From an uncultured Clostridia bacterium (GTDB taxonomy: Bacteria > Bacillota > Clostridia > TANB77 > CAG-508): a stretch of DNA of 64,000 nt. The position numbers and the translations under genes were made by a program. A model generated the notes under the pieces. It saw only the letters and a program-made list of their open reading frames with translations, ran no database searches and was not told the DNA's origin. Shown piece after piece: positions 42,813-55,139 of the stretch (position 1 is the first letter of the stretch; each line of letters begins with the position of its first letter). The stretch covers positions 76,653 to 140,652 of the forward strand of contig CANDKR010000002.1 in assembly GCA_947385375.1 (NCBI GenBank). Reading direction: 5' to 3'.

Positions 42813-42926
42813 ATGGAAAAGTCACTGATGATAATTAACAATATAAATCACAAGGGTAAGCTATATGAAGCTTATTCAATTTTGGTAAATCAAAAACAAG
42901 GAATAATAGCATATAAGGGAAGATAG
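42813..42926 (+). CDS. Candidate 37-aa leader ORF
   Basis: MEKSLMIINNINHKGKLYEAYSILVNQKQGIIAYKGR*, with AGGA 6 nt upstream; the stop lies inside a hairpin. Confidence 0.35.
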   Translation: MEKSLMIINNINHKGKLYEAYSILVNQKQGIIAYKGR

Positions 42927-42973
42927 TATCATACTATCTTCTTATTATTTTGTAATTTTCCTTGAAAATATAA

Positions 42974-44257
<1,284 letters not shown>

Positions 44258-44398
44258 TTTGAAATAAAATTGTAAAAAATAGGAGTATGATAAATACTTC
44301 TATTTTTTTATTTAAAAATATTGAAAAAAATGGAGAAATGAAATATAATGTGCGTGGATGTACAAAAGAAATTTAAAATAAAAAAGGAAGATTTTTAA

Positions 44399-45479
44399 GT
44401 GGGTAAACATAGTAAAACTAAAATTCAATTATTTAAGTCTAGAAAATCGTTTATTATGATGACTATTGTGCTTATAATAATACTTTTTTTAGGCGTAATG
44501 TCAGGAACATATATTTATAGAGCAAATGGAAATATACAAAATGCAGCTTTAGATATGATGGCAGATATTATAGGAACAGATGAGCCAATATCAGTACTTA
44601 TTTTAGGTGTTAGTGAAGATATAGATACAGCTTTGACAGATACCATGATGCTTGCTAGCTATAATCCTAAAACACAAAATGCTTTTGTCATTTCAATACC
44701 TAGAGATACTTATATTGGTAAAAATAAGGCTAAAGCAAACGGCTTTGATAAAATAAACGCACTATATTCAATAAATCCTAAAAAGACAGTTTCAGCAGTA
44801 GAGAGCTTAACTGGAATAAAAATAGATAATTATGTAGTTGTAAAAAACTCAGTCTTAGTAGATTTAGTTGATGCAATAGGCGGAGTTGAGTTTGATGTTC
44901 CTATAAATATGAAATATGATGATGATACACAAGATTTGCATATTGACTTAAAAAAAGGTGTTCAAATTTTAAGTGGAGACCAAGCAGAACAGCTTGTTAG
45001 ATTTAGACATTCAAACCCAGATGCAAATGGTAAAATGACAACATATCCAAGTTCTTATGGAGCAGACGACTATGGAAGAATGAGAACTCAAAGAGAGTTT
45101 ATGAAAGCAACAGCGACTCAGCTTGCAAGCTGGAAAAATGTAGGAAAATTAAAAGATATAACAGAAGCTGTTTTTAATAATCTTGAAACAGATATGAGAC
45201 TTACACAAATAATTAGCTATATACCAAGTATGCTAAAGCTTAATACTGAAACTTTGAGAATGGAGCAATTACCTCGGTGTTTCAGATCAAATAAATGAAA
45301 TATGGTTTTATTTGGCTAATACAGATGATACTTGTGAGCTTGTAAATGAACTTATGCTTAGCTTACAATTAGATGAAGCAGAACTTGCTAAAATGTATAC
45401 ACCAATAAAAGATATGCCTATTGTGGCGGATAACAAAGAAATTGCAGGAACTGCAAATAATAAAAATGAAGTAAAATAA
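44399..45479 (+). CDS. LCP (LytR-CpsA-Psr) family protein, +1 frameshift at C45275
   Basis: TDTMML, SIPRDT, KINA, VDAIGGV, RFRH, D.GR...Q. After TTA CCT-C-GGT the +1 frame reads GVSDQINEIWFY... for 67 codons; 359 aa; terminator follows at about 45489. Confidence 0.9.
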
Positions 45480-45517
45480 TAGATATTAGAGCTTAAGATT
45501 TTCTTAAGCTCAATTTT

Positions 45518-45537
45518 TTGTCACTTACTTGTCACTT
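45518..45537 (+). promoter_or_regulatory. OmpR-type response regulator binding site (direct repeat)
   Basis: TTGTCACTT twice with an 11-bp period, upstream of a TATAAT and an ABC/two-component operon. Confidence 0.6.
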
Positions 45538-45584
45538 TATATAATTTATAATAAACTTGTAAATGAAATTTAAGGAGAAAGTTT

Positions 45585-46256
45585 ATGGAAATTTTAAGAG
45601 TAGAAAATTTAACAAAGATTTATGGTAAAGACCAGACTAAAGTTGTAGCTTTAGATAATGTTTCTTTTACTATAAACAAAGGCGAATTTGTAGCCATAGT
45701 AGGTGCAAGTGGTAGTGGAAAATCAACACTTCTTCATATAATGGGTGGAGTTGATAGACCAACTAGTGGAAAAGTTTTTATTGACGGGAAAGACATATAC
45801 AAGTTTAATGATGATGAACTTGCAATCTTTAGAAGAAGGCAAGTAGGACTTATATATCAATTCTATAATTTAATACCAATTTTAAACGTAGAAGAAAATA
45901 TCACACTTCCTTTTGATTTAGATAATCGTAGTGTAAAAAAGGAAAATTTAGATAAGTTAATCAAATCTTTAGGTTTAGAAGGCAGAAAAAATCATTTGCC
46001 AAATGAGTTATCAGGTGGTCAGCAGCAAAGAACTTCAATAGGTAGAGCTTTAATTACAAATCCAGCAATTATTTTAGCCGATGAACCTACAGGAAACTTA
46101 GATTCAAAAGCAAGTGATGAAATTGTGGAATTACTTAAAAAATCAAACAGAGAATATAATCAGACAATAATTATGATAACACACAACTTAGAAATTGCTA
46201 AAAATGCTGACAGGATTATTAAAATCGAAGATGGAAAAATTGCTAAGGGGGTCTAG
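45585..46256 (+). CDS. ABC ATPase (LolD/MacB type)
   Basis: GASGSGKST, LSGGQQQR, ADEPTGNLD. Confidence 0.95.
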   Translation: MEILRVENLTKIYGKDQTKVVALDNVSFTINKGEFVAIVGASGSGKSTLLHIMGGVDRPTSGKVFIDGKDIYKFNDDELAIFRRRQVGLIYQFYNLIPILNVEENITLPFDLDNRSVKKENLDKLIKSLGLEGRKNHLPNELSGGQQQRTSIGRALITNPAIILADEPTGNLDSKASDEIVELLKKSNREYNQTIIMITHNLEIAKNADRIIKIEDGKIAKGV

Positions 46257-46259
46257 AAT

Positions 46260-48806
46260 ATGAATGTTCTTAGTAAATTATCTATTAAAAATTTGATGTT
46301 AAATAAGAAAAGAACTATTAGTACTATAATAGGTATTATACTTTCAGTAGCTTTAATCTGTGGTGTTGCAACTTTATCTACAAGTATGCAAGAAACTTTA
46401 ATTCAAAATGCGATAAATGAATATGGATATTATCACTTGAAGATAGCAGATGTTCAAAAAAGTGATATAGAAGTTTTTGAGAATAATCGAGATATAGACA
46501 ATGTTTTGAAAATTGGAAGAGTAGGAGATGCTGTTATAAATAACGATAATAGTGATAGTATTACATTTTTTAGAATTTTCTCAATGTCAGAACAAAATTT
46601 TAATGAGTTAAAGCTTAGCCTTGCTGAGGGACGATTTCCTGCTAATGAAAATGAAATAGTAATAAATAAAAATATTGTTACTAATGCAGCTATTGATTTA
46701 AAAATTGGAGATACAGTCGAATTTAATTTAGGTGAGATAGATTTTACAGAAGAAGGTGAAATGGTAATTTCTTCTTCTGAAATAAAAAGTTATAAAATCG
46801 TTGGAATAATAAATAGACCTAACAGAAGCTTTGAAAGTTATGATGCCCCATATACTGTGATAACTAGTGATTTTGATACAAAAGAAAATGATGTGTATAT
46901 TACTTTAAAAAATCCAAAAGAATATAAGAGTTCTATTCCTGAAATACTAGGTGGCAAGGATTATGAAGATATAAATGAAAATAGATCTCAAATGAAATAT
47001 CCGGATTTTGAAATAAATAGAGAATTATTGAGATGGGAGCAATTTGCTTTTTCAGACTCAACAGTAACTATGCTATATTCAGTTGTTGGAATTGTACTAT
47101 TTGTAATTATCTTTACTAGTGTATTTTGTATAAGAAATTCTTTTGCAATTGCTACTACAGAGAAAATAAAAATGTATGGAATGCTTGCATCTGTTGGAGC
47201 AACTAAAAAACAGATTAGACATAATGTAATTTTTGAGAGTATGATTTTAGGAATTATTGGAATACCTTTAGGGATTTTATCAGGTATATTCGCAATATTT
47301 GTATTACTTAAAATAGTAAATGGTTTAATCGGTGGTTATGTACTTGCTTATGTTGAAGGGATAATCTTTAAAGTTACACTTACACCAATAATAATTTCAG
47401 TAGTTTTAGGAGTAATTACAATATACTTATCTGCAATTTCTTCTGCCAGAAAAGCTTCTAAAGTTAGCCCAATAGATAACTTAAGAGGAAGCCAAGAAAT
47501 TCATCTAAAAGGCAAAAAACTAAAAACTCCAAAGATTATTTCAAAAACTTTTAAAACAGGTGGAGTGCTTGCATATAAAAACCTAAAGAGAAGTAAGAGA
47601 AAATATAGAACAACAGTAATGTCTATTGCAGTCAGTATCTTTATATTTATAACCTTAAATGCCTTTATTACAAATGCTTTTGAATTGTCAGGTGGCTATT
47701 ATGAAACTTATGATTATAATTTTTGGGTGCAAGGATTTGATAGGGATGAAGCTAGAGAAGATTTAGTCGAAGAAATAGTAAAACTTGACAATATAGACGA
47801 ATATTATATTACTTATAATGGTAATTATTTAGAAGTTAGTGATGAGTCTAAAGTAAATAATGAAGATGGCGTAGGAATGATAGATGAAGAAACTTATGAT
47901 GAAGAAAAGGAAGAGTTTGTTAAGACAGGGAAGAGATATTGTGGTACAACAATAGTTGGACTTGATGATGAAACTTTTAAGAAATATACTAACAAAATTG
48001 GCGCAAATTACGATAAGATAAAGGATAAAGCTATTTTATGCGATACTTATAGTTATTATGATTCAAATACTGAAAAAATGAAAAATTTAAGAAGATATTA
48101 TGTTCAGGAAAATGATTCTATACAGGGTGAAATACATTCTAGACTTGAATATGTAAAAGCAGAATTTAAAATTGGTAAAATCACAGATATTAAACCTTAT
48201 GGTTTTGAAAGTTATGATATGCCAGGTGGTTTCTTAGTATTAAATGAGAAATATACTAAGGATATAGAACTTAATATAAATAGAGTTTTAATTCAGTCTG
48301 AAAACACAGAACAGCTAGAAAAAGATGTAAAAGCAGTAGATTATGATTTGTTTGTAAGAAATTATGAGGCAGAAGCAAGAGAACAAAATGGAATGGTTAT
48401 GGTAGTAAGTATTTTCTTATATGGATTTATCTCAGTAATCACATTAATTGGTGTAACCAATATATTTAATACAATAACTTCAAATATGGAACTTAGACAA
48501 AAGGAATTTGCTATGCTAAAAAGTATTGGTATGACTAAGAAAGAATTTAATAATATGATTAACTTAGAAACTCTATTTTATGGAACAAAAGCATGGATAT
48601 ATGGAACAATACTAGGTTTAATTGGTACCTTTGCTTTATATACGGCTTTTGATGTAAAAATGGAACAAGAAATGTATATACCAGTTATACCAATTATAAT
48701 TTCTGCAATATTTGTTTTCATGTTTATATTTATCATAATGAGATATTCAATAGCTAAAATTAATAAACAAAATACTATTGAAACAATAAGGAAAGAAAAT
48801 ATTTAA
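46260..48806 (+). CDS. FtsX-like ABC permease (duplicated domain)
   Basis: YGMLASVGATKKQ and EFAMLKSIGMT motifs; about 8 TM segments. Confidence 0.9.
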   Translation: MNVLSKLSIKNLMLNKKRTISTIIGIILSVALICGVATLSTSMQETLIQNAINEYGYYHLKIADVQKSDIEVFENNRDIDNVLKIGRVGDAVINNDNSDSITFFRIFSMSEQNFNELKLSLAEGRFPANENEIVINKNIVTNAAIDLKIGDTVEFNLGEIDFTEEGEMVISSSEIKSYKIVGIINRPNRSFESYDAPYTVITSDFDTKENDVYITLKNPKEYKSSIPEILGGKDYEDINENRSQMKYPDFEINRELLRWEQFAFSDSTVTMLYSVVGIVLFVIIFTSVFCIRNSFAIATTEKIKMYGMLASVGATKKQIRHNVIFESMILGIIGIPLGILSGIFAIFVLLKIVNGLIGGYVLAYVEGIIFKVTLTPIIISVVLGVITIYLSAISSARKASKVSPIDNLRGSQEIHLKGKKLKTPKIISKTFKTGGVLAYKNLKRSKRKYRTTVMSIAVSIFIFITLNAFITNAFELSGGYYETYDYNFWVQGFDRDEAREDLVEEIVKLDNIDEYYITYNGNYLEVSDESKVNNEDGVGMIDEETYDEEKEEFVKTGKRYCGTTIVGLDDETFKKYTNKIGANYDKIKDKAILCDTYSYYDSNTEKMKNLRRYYVQENDSIQGEIHSRLEYVKAEFKIGKITDIKPYGFESYDMPGGFLVLNEKYTKDIELNINRVLIQSENTEQLEKDVKAVDYDLFVRNYEAEAREQNGMVMVVSIFLYGFISVITLIGVTNIFNTITSNMELRQKEFAMLKSIGMTKKEFNNMINLETLFYGTKAWIYGTILGLIGTFALYTAFDVKMEQEMYIPVIPIIISAIFVFMFIFIIMRYSIAKINKQNTIETIRKENI

Positions 48807-48865
48807 GCTTTGGGGAGGTAGACACCTCCCTTAAATTATTATATAATCTTTTAAGGAGGTAAGTA

Positions 48866-49528
48866 ATGAAAGTTTTATTAATAGAAGATGATGAAATAAT
48901 TGCAAAAGGTCTAAAATATTCTTTTGAGCAAAATGGCTATGACATAATTTGTAAAACTACTAAAAAAGATGCTAGTTGGTTTTTACAAACTGATACAGCA
49001 GATTTTGTGATTTTAGATATAAACTTACCAGATGGAAATGGTTTTGAATTATATAAAGAAAATGTAAAAGACTTGAACTTGCCGACTATATTTCTAACAG
49101 CAAGAGATGATGAAAATGATATTGTGAAAGGATTAGAGCTTGGCGCAGATGACTACCTTACAAAACCTTTTTCAACAAAAGAATTAATGGCAAGAATTAA
49201 GAAAATTATGCTACGCGAAAATAAAAATGTTTGTATAGATGTTGCGGATATAAGTTTTAATACTGATAAGCTGGAAGTATATAAAGGCAAGAAAAGATTA
49301 GAATTAACAAGTTTAGAGATTAAGATTTTACAATTATTATTTAATAATCTTAATAAGGTAGTAACAAGAAGCGAGATAATAGATAAAATTTGGGAATGGA
49401 CAGGAAATGATGTAAATGATAATACAGTAACAGTTTATTTAAAGAGAATACGTGAGAAAATTGGAACAGATATTATTATAACAATAAAAGGCGTTGGATA
49501 TAGAATAGACAAAATCGAGGGGAATTAA
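48866..49528 (+). CDS. OmpR family response regulator
   Basis: LIEDD, LDINLPD, GADDY.TKPF, TIKGVGY. Confidence 0.95.
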   Translation: MKVLLIEDDEIIAKGLKYSFEQNGYDIICKTTKKDASWFLQTDTADFVILDINLPDGNGFELYKENVKDLNLPTIFLTARDDENDIVKGLELGADDYLTKPFSTKELMARIKKIMLRENKNVCIDVADISFNTDKLEVYKGKKRLELTSLEIKILQLLFNNLNKVVTRSEIIDKIWEWTGNDVNDNTVTVYLKRIREKIGTDIIITIKGVGYRIDKIEGN

Positions 49529-49529
49529 G

Positions 49530-50741
49530 ATGAACAATAAATTAATTTATCTAAAATATTTATTTGTAAGCTTGGTAATAGTTTTAGTTTTTAATATTTT
49601 TTGCGTTTTTTTATACAAGTATGAATATAGAACTTATAACACTAACTTTAATATGAAATTAAATGAGATAATTTTTGCTGTAAGTGAGAAATATCCAGAT
49701 ATAGACAAAACCGAACTAATTAAAATCTTAAATTCTAACAATAAATATGAAGATAGTATTTTAAGAGAATATGGAATTGATATAAATGACGATGCTTTTG
49801 TCCTAAAAAATGATATAGAGTTCGAGCAATTCATTAAAATAAATATTATTACAGTAACAAGTCTAGGGATAGTTTTGATTACAATTTTTGTTATATATAA
49901 TTATCAAAAAGACAGAAAACTTAAAGAAATACAAAATTACTTAGAAGAAATTAATAAAAAGAATTATAAGTTAGATATAGAAGATAATAGAGAGGGAGAG
50001 CTTTCTATATTAAAAAATGAAGTATATAAGACTACTGTGTTTTTGAAGGAACAAGCTGAGAATTCTATGCAAGATAAAATTAATTTGAAAGATTCTATCT
50101 CAGATATATCACATCAATTAAAAACACCACTTACTTCAATTTCTATTTTACTAGATAATATAATAGAAAATCCTAATATGGATACAGCTACTAGAAATGA
50201 GTTTGTAAAGGATATCAGGAGAGAGATAATTAATATTAACTTTCTTGTACAAGCATTACTTAAGCTTTCAAAATTTGATGCAAATGCAGTAGAATTTATA
50301 AATAAAGAAGTAAATATAAAGCAGATGTTAGATAGTGCAGTTAAAAATATTATGCCACTTTGTGATTTGAAGAAGGTAGAAATTGAATTAATCGGCGACG
50401 ATAAGGACAAGCTAGTATGTGATGAGAGATGGCAAATTGAGGCAATTTCAAATATATTAAAAAATTCTGTTGAATATTCAAATGCAGGAGATACTATATA
50501 TGTTAAGTTTAAAGAGAATAATTTATATACACAAATTGATATAAAAGATAGTGGTAAAGGGATTGATAAAGAGGACTTACCACATATTTTTGATAGGTTC
50601 TATAAAGGTAAGAATTCTTCTAAAAACAGCATAGGAATAGGCTTAGCACTTAGTAAGACTATTATTGAAAAAAGTGGTGGAAACATATCAGCAGAATCAA
50701 AATTAGGTGAGGGAACTAGTTTTGTTATAAGATATTTTTAA
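49530..50741 (+). CDS. Sensor histidine kinase
   Basis: DISHQLKTP, N..KN, D.GKG, FDRFY, GIGL. Confidence 0.95.
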   Translation: MNNKLIYLKYLFVSLVIVLVFNIFCVFLYKYEYRTYNTNFNMKLNEIIFAVSEKYPDIDKTELIKILNSNNKYEDSILREYGIDINDDAFVLKNDIEFEQFIKINIITVTSLGIVLITIFVIYNYQKDRKLKEIQNYLEEINKKNYKLDIEDNREGELSILKNEVYKTTVFLKEQAENSMQDKINLKDSISDISHQLKTPLTSISILLDNIIENPNMDTATRNEFVKDIRREIININFLVQALLKLSKFDANAVEFINKEVNIKQMLDSAVKNIMPLCDLKKVEIELIGDDKDKLVCDERWQIEAISNILKNSVEYSNAGDTIYVKFKENNLYTQIDIKDSGKGIDKEDLPHIFDRFYKGKNSSKNSIGIGLALSKTIIEKSGGNISAESKLGEGTSFVIRYF

Positions 50742-50840
50742 TGAAATCTTAATAATTTTCGTATTTACAAATATTTACAAAATGCGACAATGGTGATATA
50801 ATAATTGATTAGATGACTAATAGTAAAAGGAGATTTTTTA

Positions 50841-52583
50841 ATGGAAAAGCTAAAAAAATCAAAGAAGAAAATTATTATTGCAATTATTGTAGTTTTAATT
50901 CTAGTTTCTATAATATCAAGTTTCTTTAAAAAAGAAGAAGTTACAGAACCAGAATTTGATACAGTAGCAATAGAGAAGCAAACACTAACAACTACTATCA
51001 GTAGTACAGGAAAAATCACAACTGAAAATTCTAAGAATGTGACAAGTCAACTAATGAATCATAAAATTACAGGAGTTAATGTAAAAGTAGGAGATACAGT
51101 TAATGTAGGAGATGTGCTTTGCACTTTTGATACAGCAGACTTAGCTAGAACTGTAAGTGATTTACAAGCATCAGTTAATGCAACAAATGTAGGAAGCCAC
51201 GAAACACTTTTAGCAACTGAAAGAGCTGTTCAAGATGCTGAAAGAAGTAGAAATTCTACATTAGACGGACTAAAACAGCAAGCAGATTTAGCAAAACAAG
51301 AATACGACAATCATAATACTCCGCTAATGAATAATAAAGCTGATTTAACTAATAAACAAAATGAAATTTCAAATTTACAAAATCAAGTAGCAAGTCTAAG
51401 TAATAGTGCAAATTTAGCAAAAGCAGCAGTTGATACTGCTACAATAGAGAGAAATACTGCTAAAGCTAGTTATGATACAGCAGAAGCTAAAGTAAATGGT
51501 ATTCAAGCAAGCTTAGATGCTGCAAATGCTGATCCAAGTCAAGCTGGATTAGTTGGTGGTTTACAAATTGATTTAAATAATGCAAAAAATGAAAGTATTG
51601 CAAAAAAACAAGAACTTGATGCTAAAGAGCAAGCATTATCTGTTAAAACAAATGAGTATAATACACAAAATAAAAACTTACAAGATGTTACAGGAAAAAT
51701 AGGAACTTTACAAACTGATATTAATAAGCTATCAGTTAGTATCCCAGCGCAAGAACAAGCTGTAAATGCTTTAAGAGACGCATATAACAAAGCTCAAAAA
51801 GCTTATGATGATACATCAGCTACATTAAATAATCAAGTAGCAAACGCACAAGGACAACTTGAAAGTGCAAGAGCACAAACAAGTGTAAGCACACTTACAG
51901 TTCAAGAGCAAATAACAGCATATCAAAAACAATTAGAAGATACAAACCTTAAATCAACAGTAGCAGGTACTGTAACAGCAGTAACAGCTAAAGCAGGAGA
52001 TTATTACACAGGTGGAAGTTTAGTTACAATAGAAGGCGCAGAGAGTTTTATTGTTGAGTCAGAAATTGATGAATATGATATTGCAGATGTTAAAGTAGGA
52101 ATGGAAGTTAGTATAAAAACTGATGCAACAAGAGATGAACTTTTAGAAGGACAAGTAATTTCAGTAGCACCAGCAGCAACTAGTAGTGTTGCCTCTTCTC
52201 AAATGGCAGCTGCTGGAATGTCTTCAACTGGAACTTCAGGAAGTGCAACTTATACAGTTAAAGTTGCAATAAATACTCCAAACGATAGATTACGTTTAGG
52301 TATGAACTCTAAAATTAGTATTATAACAAAGAAGAGTGAAAATGTATTAACAGTTCCTTATGATGCAGTTACAGAAAAAGAAGATGGTACAAAGATAGTA
52401 ACATTAATAAGGGATGATAATAGTGAAGAACAAATACCTGTAACTATTGGATTAGAGAGCGGATATTATACAGAAATTTCTAGTGATAAATTAAAAGAAG
52501 GTTTGAAAGTTAAAATTCCAAAAGTATCAGGCGGTGGAATAGATGATTTATTAAATTCAATGGGCGCAACAGCTGGAATGTAA
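50841..52583 (+). CDS. HlyD/MacA-like membrane fusion (adaptor) protein with long coiled-coil
   Basis: VKVGDTV..GDVL, STVAGTVT, IDEYDI..VKVG, LRLGM, GLES. Confidence 0.88.
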   Translation: MEKLKKSKKKIIIAIIVVLILVSIISSFFKKEEVTEPEFDTVAIEKQTLTTTISSTGKITTENSKNVTSQLMNHKITGVNVKVGDTVNVGDVLCTFDTADLARTVSDLQASVNATNVGSHETLLATERAVQDAERSRNSTLDGLKQQADLAKQEYDNHNTPLMNNKADLTNKQNEISNLQNQVASLSNSANLAKAAVDTATIERNTAKASYDTAEAKVNGIQASLDAANADPSQAGLVGGLQIDLNNAKNESIAKKQELDAKEQALSVKTNEYNTQNKNLQDVTGKIGTLQTDINKLSVSIPAQEQAVNALRDAYNKAQKAYDDTSATLNNQVANAQGQLESARAQTSVSTLTVQEQITAYQKQLEDTNLKSTVAGTVTAVTAKAGDYYTGGSLVTIEGAESFIVESEIDEYDIADVKVGMEVSIKTDATRDELLEGQVISVAPAATSSVASSQMAAAGMSSTGTSGSATYTVKVAINTPNDRLRLGMNSKISIITKKSENVLTVPYDAVTEKEDGTKIVTLIRDDNSEEQIPVTIGLESGYYTEISSDKLKEGLKVKIPKVSGGGIDDLLNSMGATAGM

Positions 52584-52599
52584 ATATAAGGAGTACTAA

Positions 52600-53301
52600 A
52601 TGGCAGAAACAATAATTAAATTAGAAAACATTGTAAAAAAATTCTACATTGGAAAGCCAAACGAATTAGAGATATTGCATAAGATTTCCTTAGAGGTAAA
52701 AAAGGGCGAGTTCGTATCAATAGTAGGTCCTTCAGGTTCTGGTAAGTCAACACTTATGAATTTAATAGGTATTTTGGATAGACCAACAGAAGGCACTTAT
52801 GTATTAGACGGAATAGATGTATCAAAGGCTGCTGATAAAGAATTATCAGCAATTAGAAATAAAAAAATAGGTTTCGTTTTTCAAACTTATAATTTGATTT
52901 CAAGAACAAATGCACTTAAAAATGTTGAACTTCCAATGCTATATGCTGGAATTGGAAAATCAGAGAGAGTAAAAAAGGCAAAAGAGCTTTTAGAACTTGT
53001 TGAAATGGGAGATAGAGCAAAGCATTTACCAGAAGAGCTTTCTGGTGGACAAAAACAAAGAGTTGCTATTGCAAGAGCTATGGCAAATGATCCAGCTATT
53101 TTATTAGCTGACGAGCCAACAGGTGCATTAGACTCTAAAACTGGTCGTTTAGTTATGGATTTATTCCATAAATTAAATAAAGAAAAGGGTATTACAATTG
53201 TACTTATCACTCACTCTAATGAGCTTGCATCTGAGACTGGTAGAATTATTACAATAAGAGATGGAAATATATTATCAGAGTCAAAAGGAGGTAAGGCATA
53301 A
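52600..53301 (+). CDS. ABC ATPase (MacB type)
   Basis: GPSGSGKST, LSGGQKQRVAIARA, ADEPTGALD. Confidence 0.95.
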   Translation: MAETIIKLENIVKKFYIGKPNELEILHKISLEVKKGEFVSIVGPSGSGKSTLMNLIGILDRPTEGTYVLDGIDVSKAADKELSAIRNKKIGFVFQTYNLISRTNALKNVELPMLYAGIGKSERVKKAKELLELVEMGDRAKHLPEELSGGQKQRVAIARAMANDPAILLADEPTGALDSKTGRLVMDLFHKLNKEKGITIVLITHSNELASETGRIITIRDGNILSESKGGKA

Positions 53302-54584
53302 TGGTTATGTTATGGGAAAATATAAAACTTGCTTTTACTTCACTTTTGGCGAATAAAATGAGAGCATTACTTACAATGCTTGGTATTATAATAGGTATTG
53401 CTTCAGTTATAGCAATTATGACTGTTGGTGATTCGCTTATCAATTATATCTCAGAAGAAATGAACTCAATGGGTGCAAATAACATTATGGTTTCTATACA
53501 ACCTAGAACAGATGACGACAATATGTTTTCTACAATGATGGGTGGAGCTATGATGATGGACCCAATTAGTGACCAAGATAAGATAACACCAGAAATGTTA
53601 GAAAAGCTAGCTGAGCAGTATAAAGATGAAATAAAAGCAATTACTGTTATAGACGATAATGGTGCAGGTCAGATTACAAAAGGTACTAATTATGCAAATG
53701 TTTACCTAGCAGGAATTAATATTGGATATTTTGTTTCAACAGAGGTCGATTTTGTCGCAGGTGGAGTTTTTTCTGAAAGAGATTTAGAAGAGGGAAGACC
53801 TGTTACAATAGTTTCTAGCATTGTAGTCGAGAACTTATTTGATGGAGATAATGAAAAAGCTTTAGGAAATACAGTAGAAGTAGAAATTAATGGTAAATTT
53901 GCAGAATATACAATCGTTGGTGTATATGATTATGTAGTTCAGAATATGTCTGATATGATGCAAGCACATCAAGATATATCTACAAATATGTATATACCAT
54001 ACAGAACTTCAATAAATCAGACACATAATGATAATTTCACAAACTTCTATGTAGTAGCAAATACAGGTGTAGATTCTGATATTTTAGCAAAACAAATAGA
54101 TAGATTTTTTGAAGGATATTATAGAAATAATGAAGACTATCAAGTAGGTGCTTTTAATATGCAAACAATGGTAGAAATGGTAGGAAGTATGGTTGGAATG
54201 GTAACAACAGCTATTTCAATTGTTGCAGGTATTGCTTTACTAGTTGGTGGTATAGGTGTTATGAATATAATGCTTGTATCAATAACAGAGAGAACTCGAG
54301 AAATTGGAACAAGAAAAGCACTTGGAGCTACTAATAGTTCTATTAGAACACAATTTATAGTGGAAGCTATGATAATTTGTTTAATAGGTGGTATTATAGG
54401 TTTAATACTTGGAATATTAGGTGGACAGTTTGCGGCTAACTTACTTGGTTACCCAGCAGTTCCTTCTGTATCAGGTATTGTAACATCACTTATTTTCTCA
54501 ATGATAATAGGAGTATTTTTCGGATATTATCCAGCTAATAAGGCTGCTAAGATGAATCCAATTGATGCTTTACGTTATGAATAG
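53301..54584 (+). CDS. MacB/FtsX ABC permease
   Basis: LTMLGIIIGI, GGIGVMNIMLVS.TERTREIG, YPA.KAA.MNPIDALRYE. Confidence 0.95.
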   Translation: MVMLWENIKLAFTSLLANKMRALLTMLGIIIGIASVIAIMTVGDSLINYISEEMNSMGANNIMVSIQPRTDDDNMFSTMMGGAMMMDPISDQDKITPEMLEKLAEQYKDEIKAITVIDDNGAGQITKGTNYANVYLAGINIGYFVSTEVDFVAGGVFSERDLEEGRPVTIVSSIVVENLFDGDNEKALGNTVEVEINGKFAEYTIVGVYDYVVQNMSDMMQAHQDISTNMYIPYRTSINQTHNDNFTNFYVVANTGVDSDILAKQIDRFFEGYYRNNEDYQVGAFNMQTMVEMVGSMVGMVTTAISIVAGIALLVGGIGVMNIMLVSITERTREIGTRKALGATNSSIRTQFIVEAMIICLIGGIIGLILGILGGQFAANLLGYPAVPSVSGIVTSLIFSMIIGVFFGYYPANKAAKMNPIDALRYE

Positions 54585-54623
54585 AATTTTAAAAGAGTAA
54601 TTTTATGAAAAATTACTCTTTTT

Positions 54624-54651
54624 TGAAACCAAAACCCTTTCTAATTTGTAT
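54624..54651 (+). promoter_or_regulatory. Putative ECF-sigma autoregulatory promoter
   Basis: TGAAAC...TGTA, resembling SigW/SigV-type promoters, directly before an ECF sigma gene. Confidence 0.45.
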
Positions 54652-54674
54652 TTATAGTAGGAGGACAAAAGCCA

Positions 54675-55139
54675 ATGGAAATAGTAGATGTAATTAATAA
54701 GTATTCTGATATGGTTTATAGAATAGCGCTAACCAGAACAGGAACAGTAGAAAATGCGGAAGATATTTTTCAAGAAGTATTTTTAAAATATAGTGAGAAA
54801 GAGCCTCAGTTTGAAAATGAAGAACACAGAAAGGCATGGCTTATTAAGGTTACAATAAATATGACTAAAAATTTTCATAATATGGCTTGGAACAGAAAAG
54901 TCGTAAATTTAGACGAATCGATTAGTTTTACAAATGAAGGAGATGGGGAAGTATATTCTGCTGTTTGTGAGCTACCTCAAAACTATAAAACAGTTATTTA
55001 CTTAATGTATTATGAAGGATATAAAGTAAAAGAAATTGCAAATTTTATGAAAACAAATGAGGGGACTATAAAAACATGGCTTTATCGTGCACGTGAAGCC
55101 TTGAAAGAAAAATTAGAAGGAGGTTTTGAAAATGAATAA
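54675..55139 (+). CDS. ECF sigma factor
   Basis: AEDIFQEVF, KAWL, YYEGY...EIA......GTIKT.L.RAR. Confidence 0.93.
   Translation: MEIVDVINKYSDMVYRIALTRTGTVENAEDIFQEVFLKYSEKEPQFENEEHRKAWLIKVTINMTKNFHNMAWNRKVVNLDESISFTNEGDGEVYSAVCELPQNYKTVIYLMYYEGYKVKEIANFMKTNEGTIKTWLYRAREALKEKLEGGFENE

Noticed and set aside
42820-42835. CTGATGA as a hammerhead or fluoride riboswitch core
   Set aside because: The required flanking stems and partner motifs could not be built.
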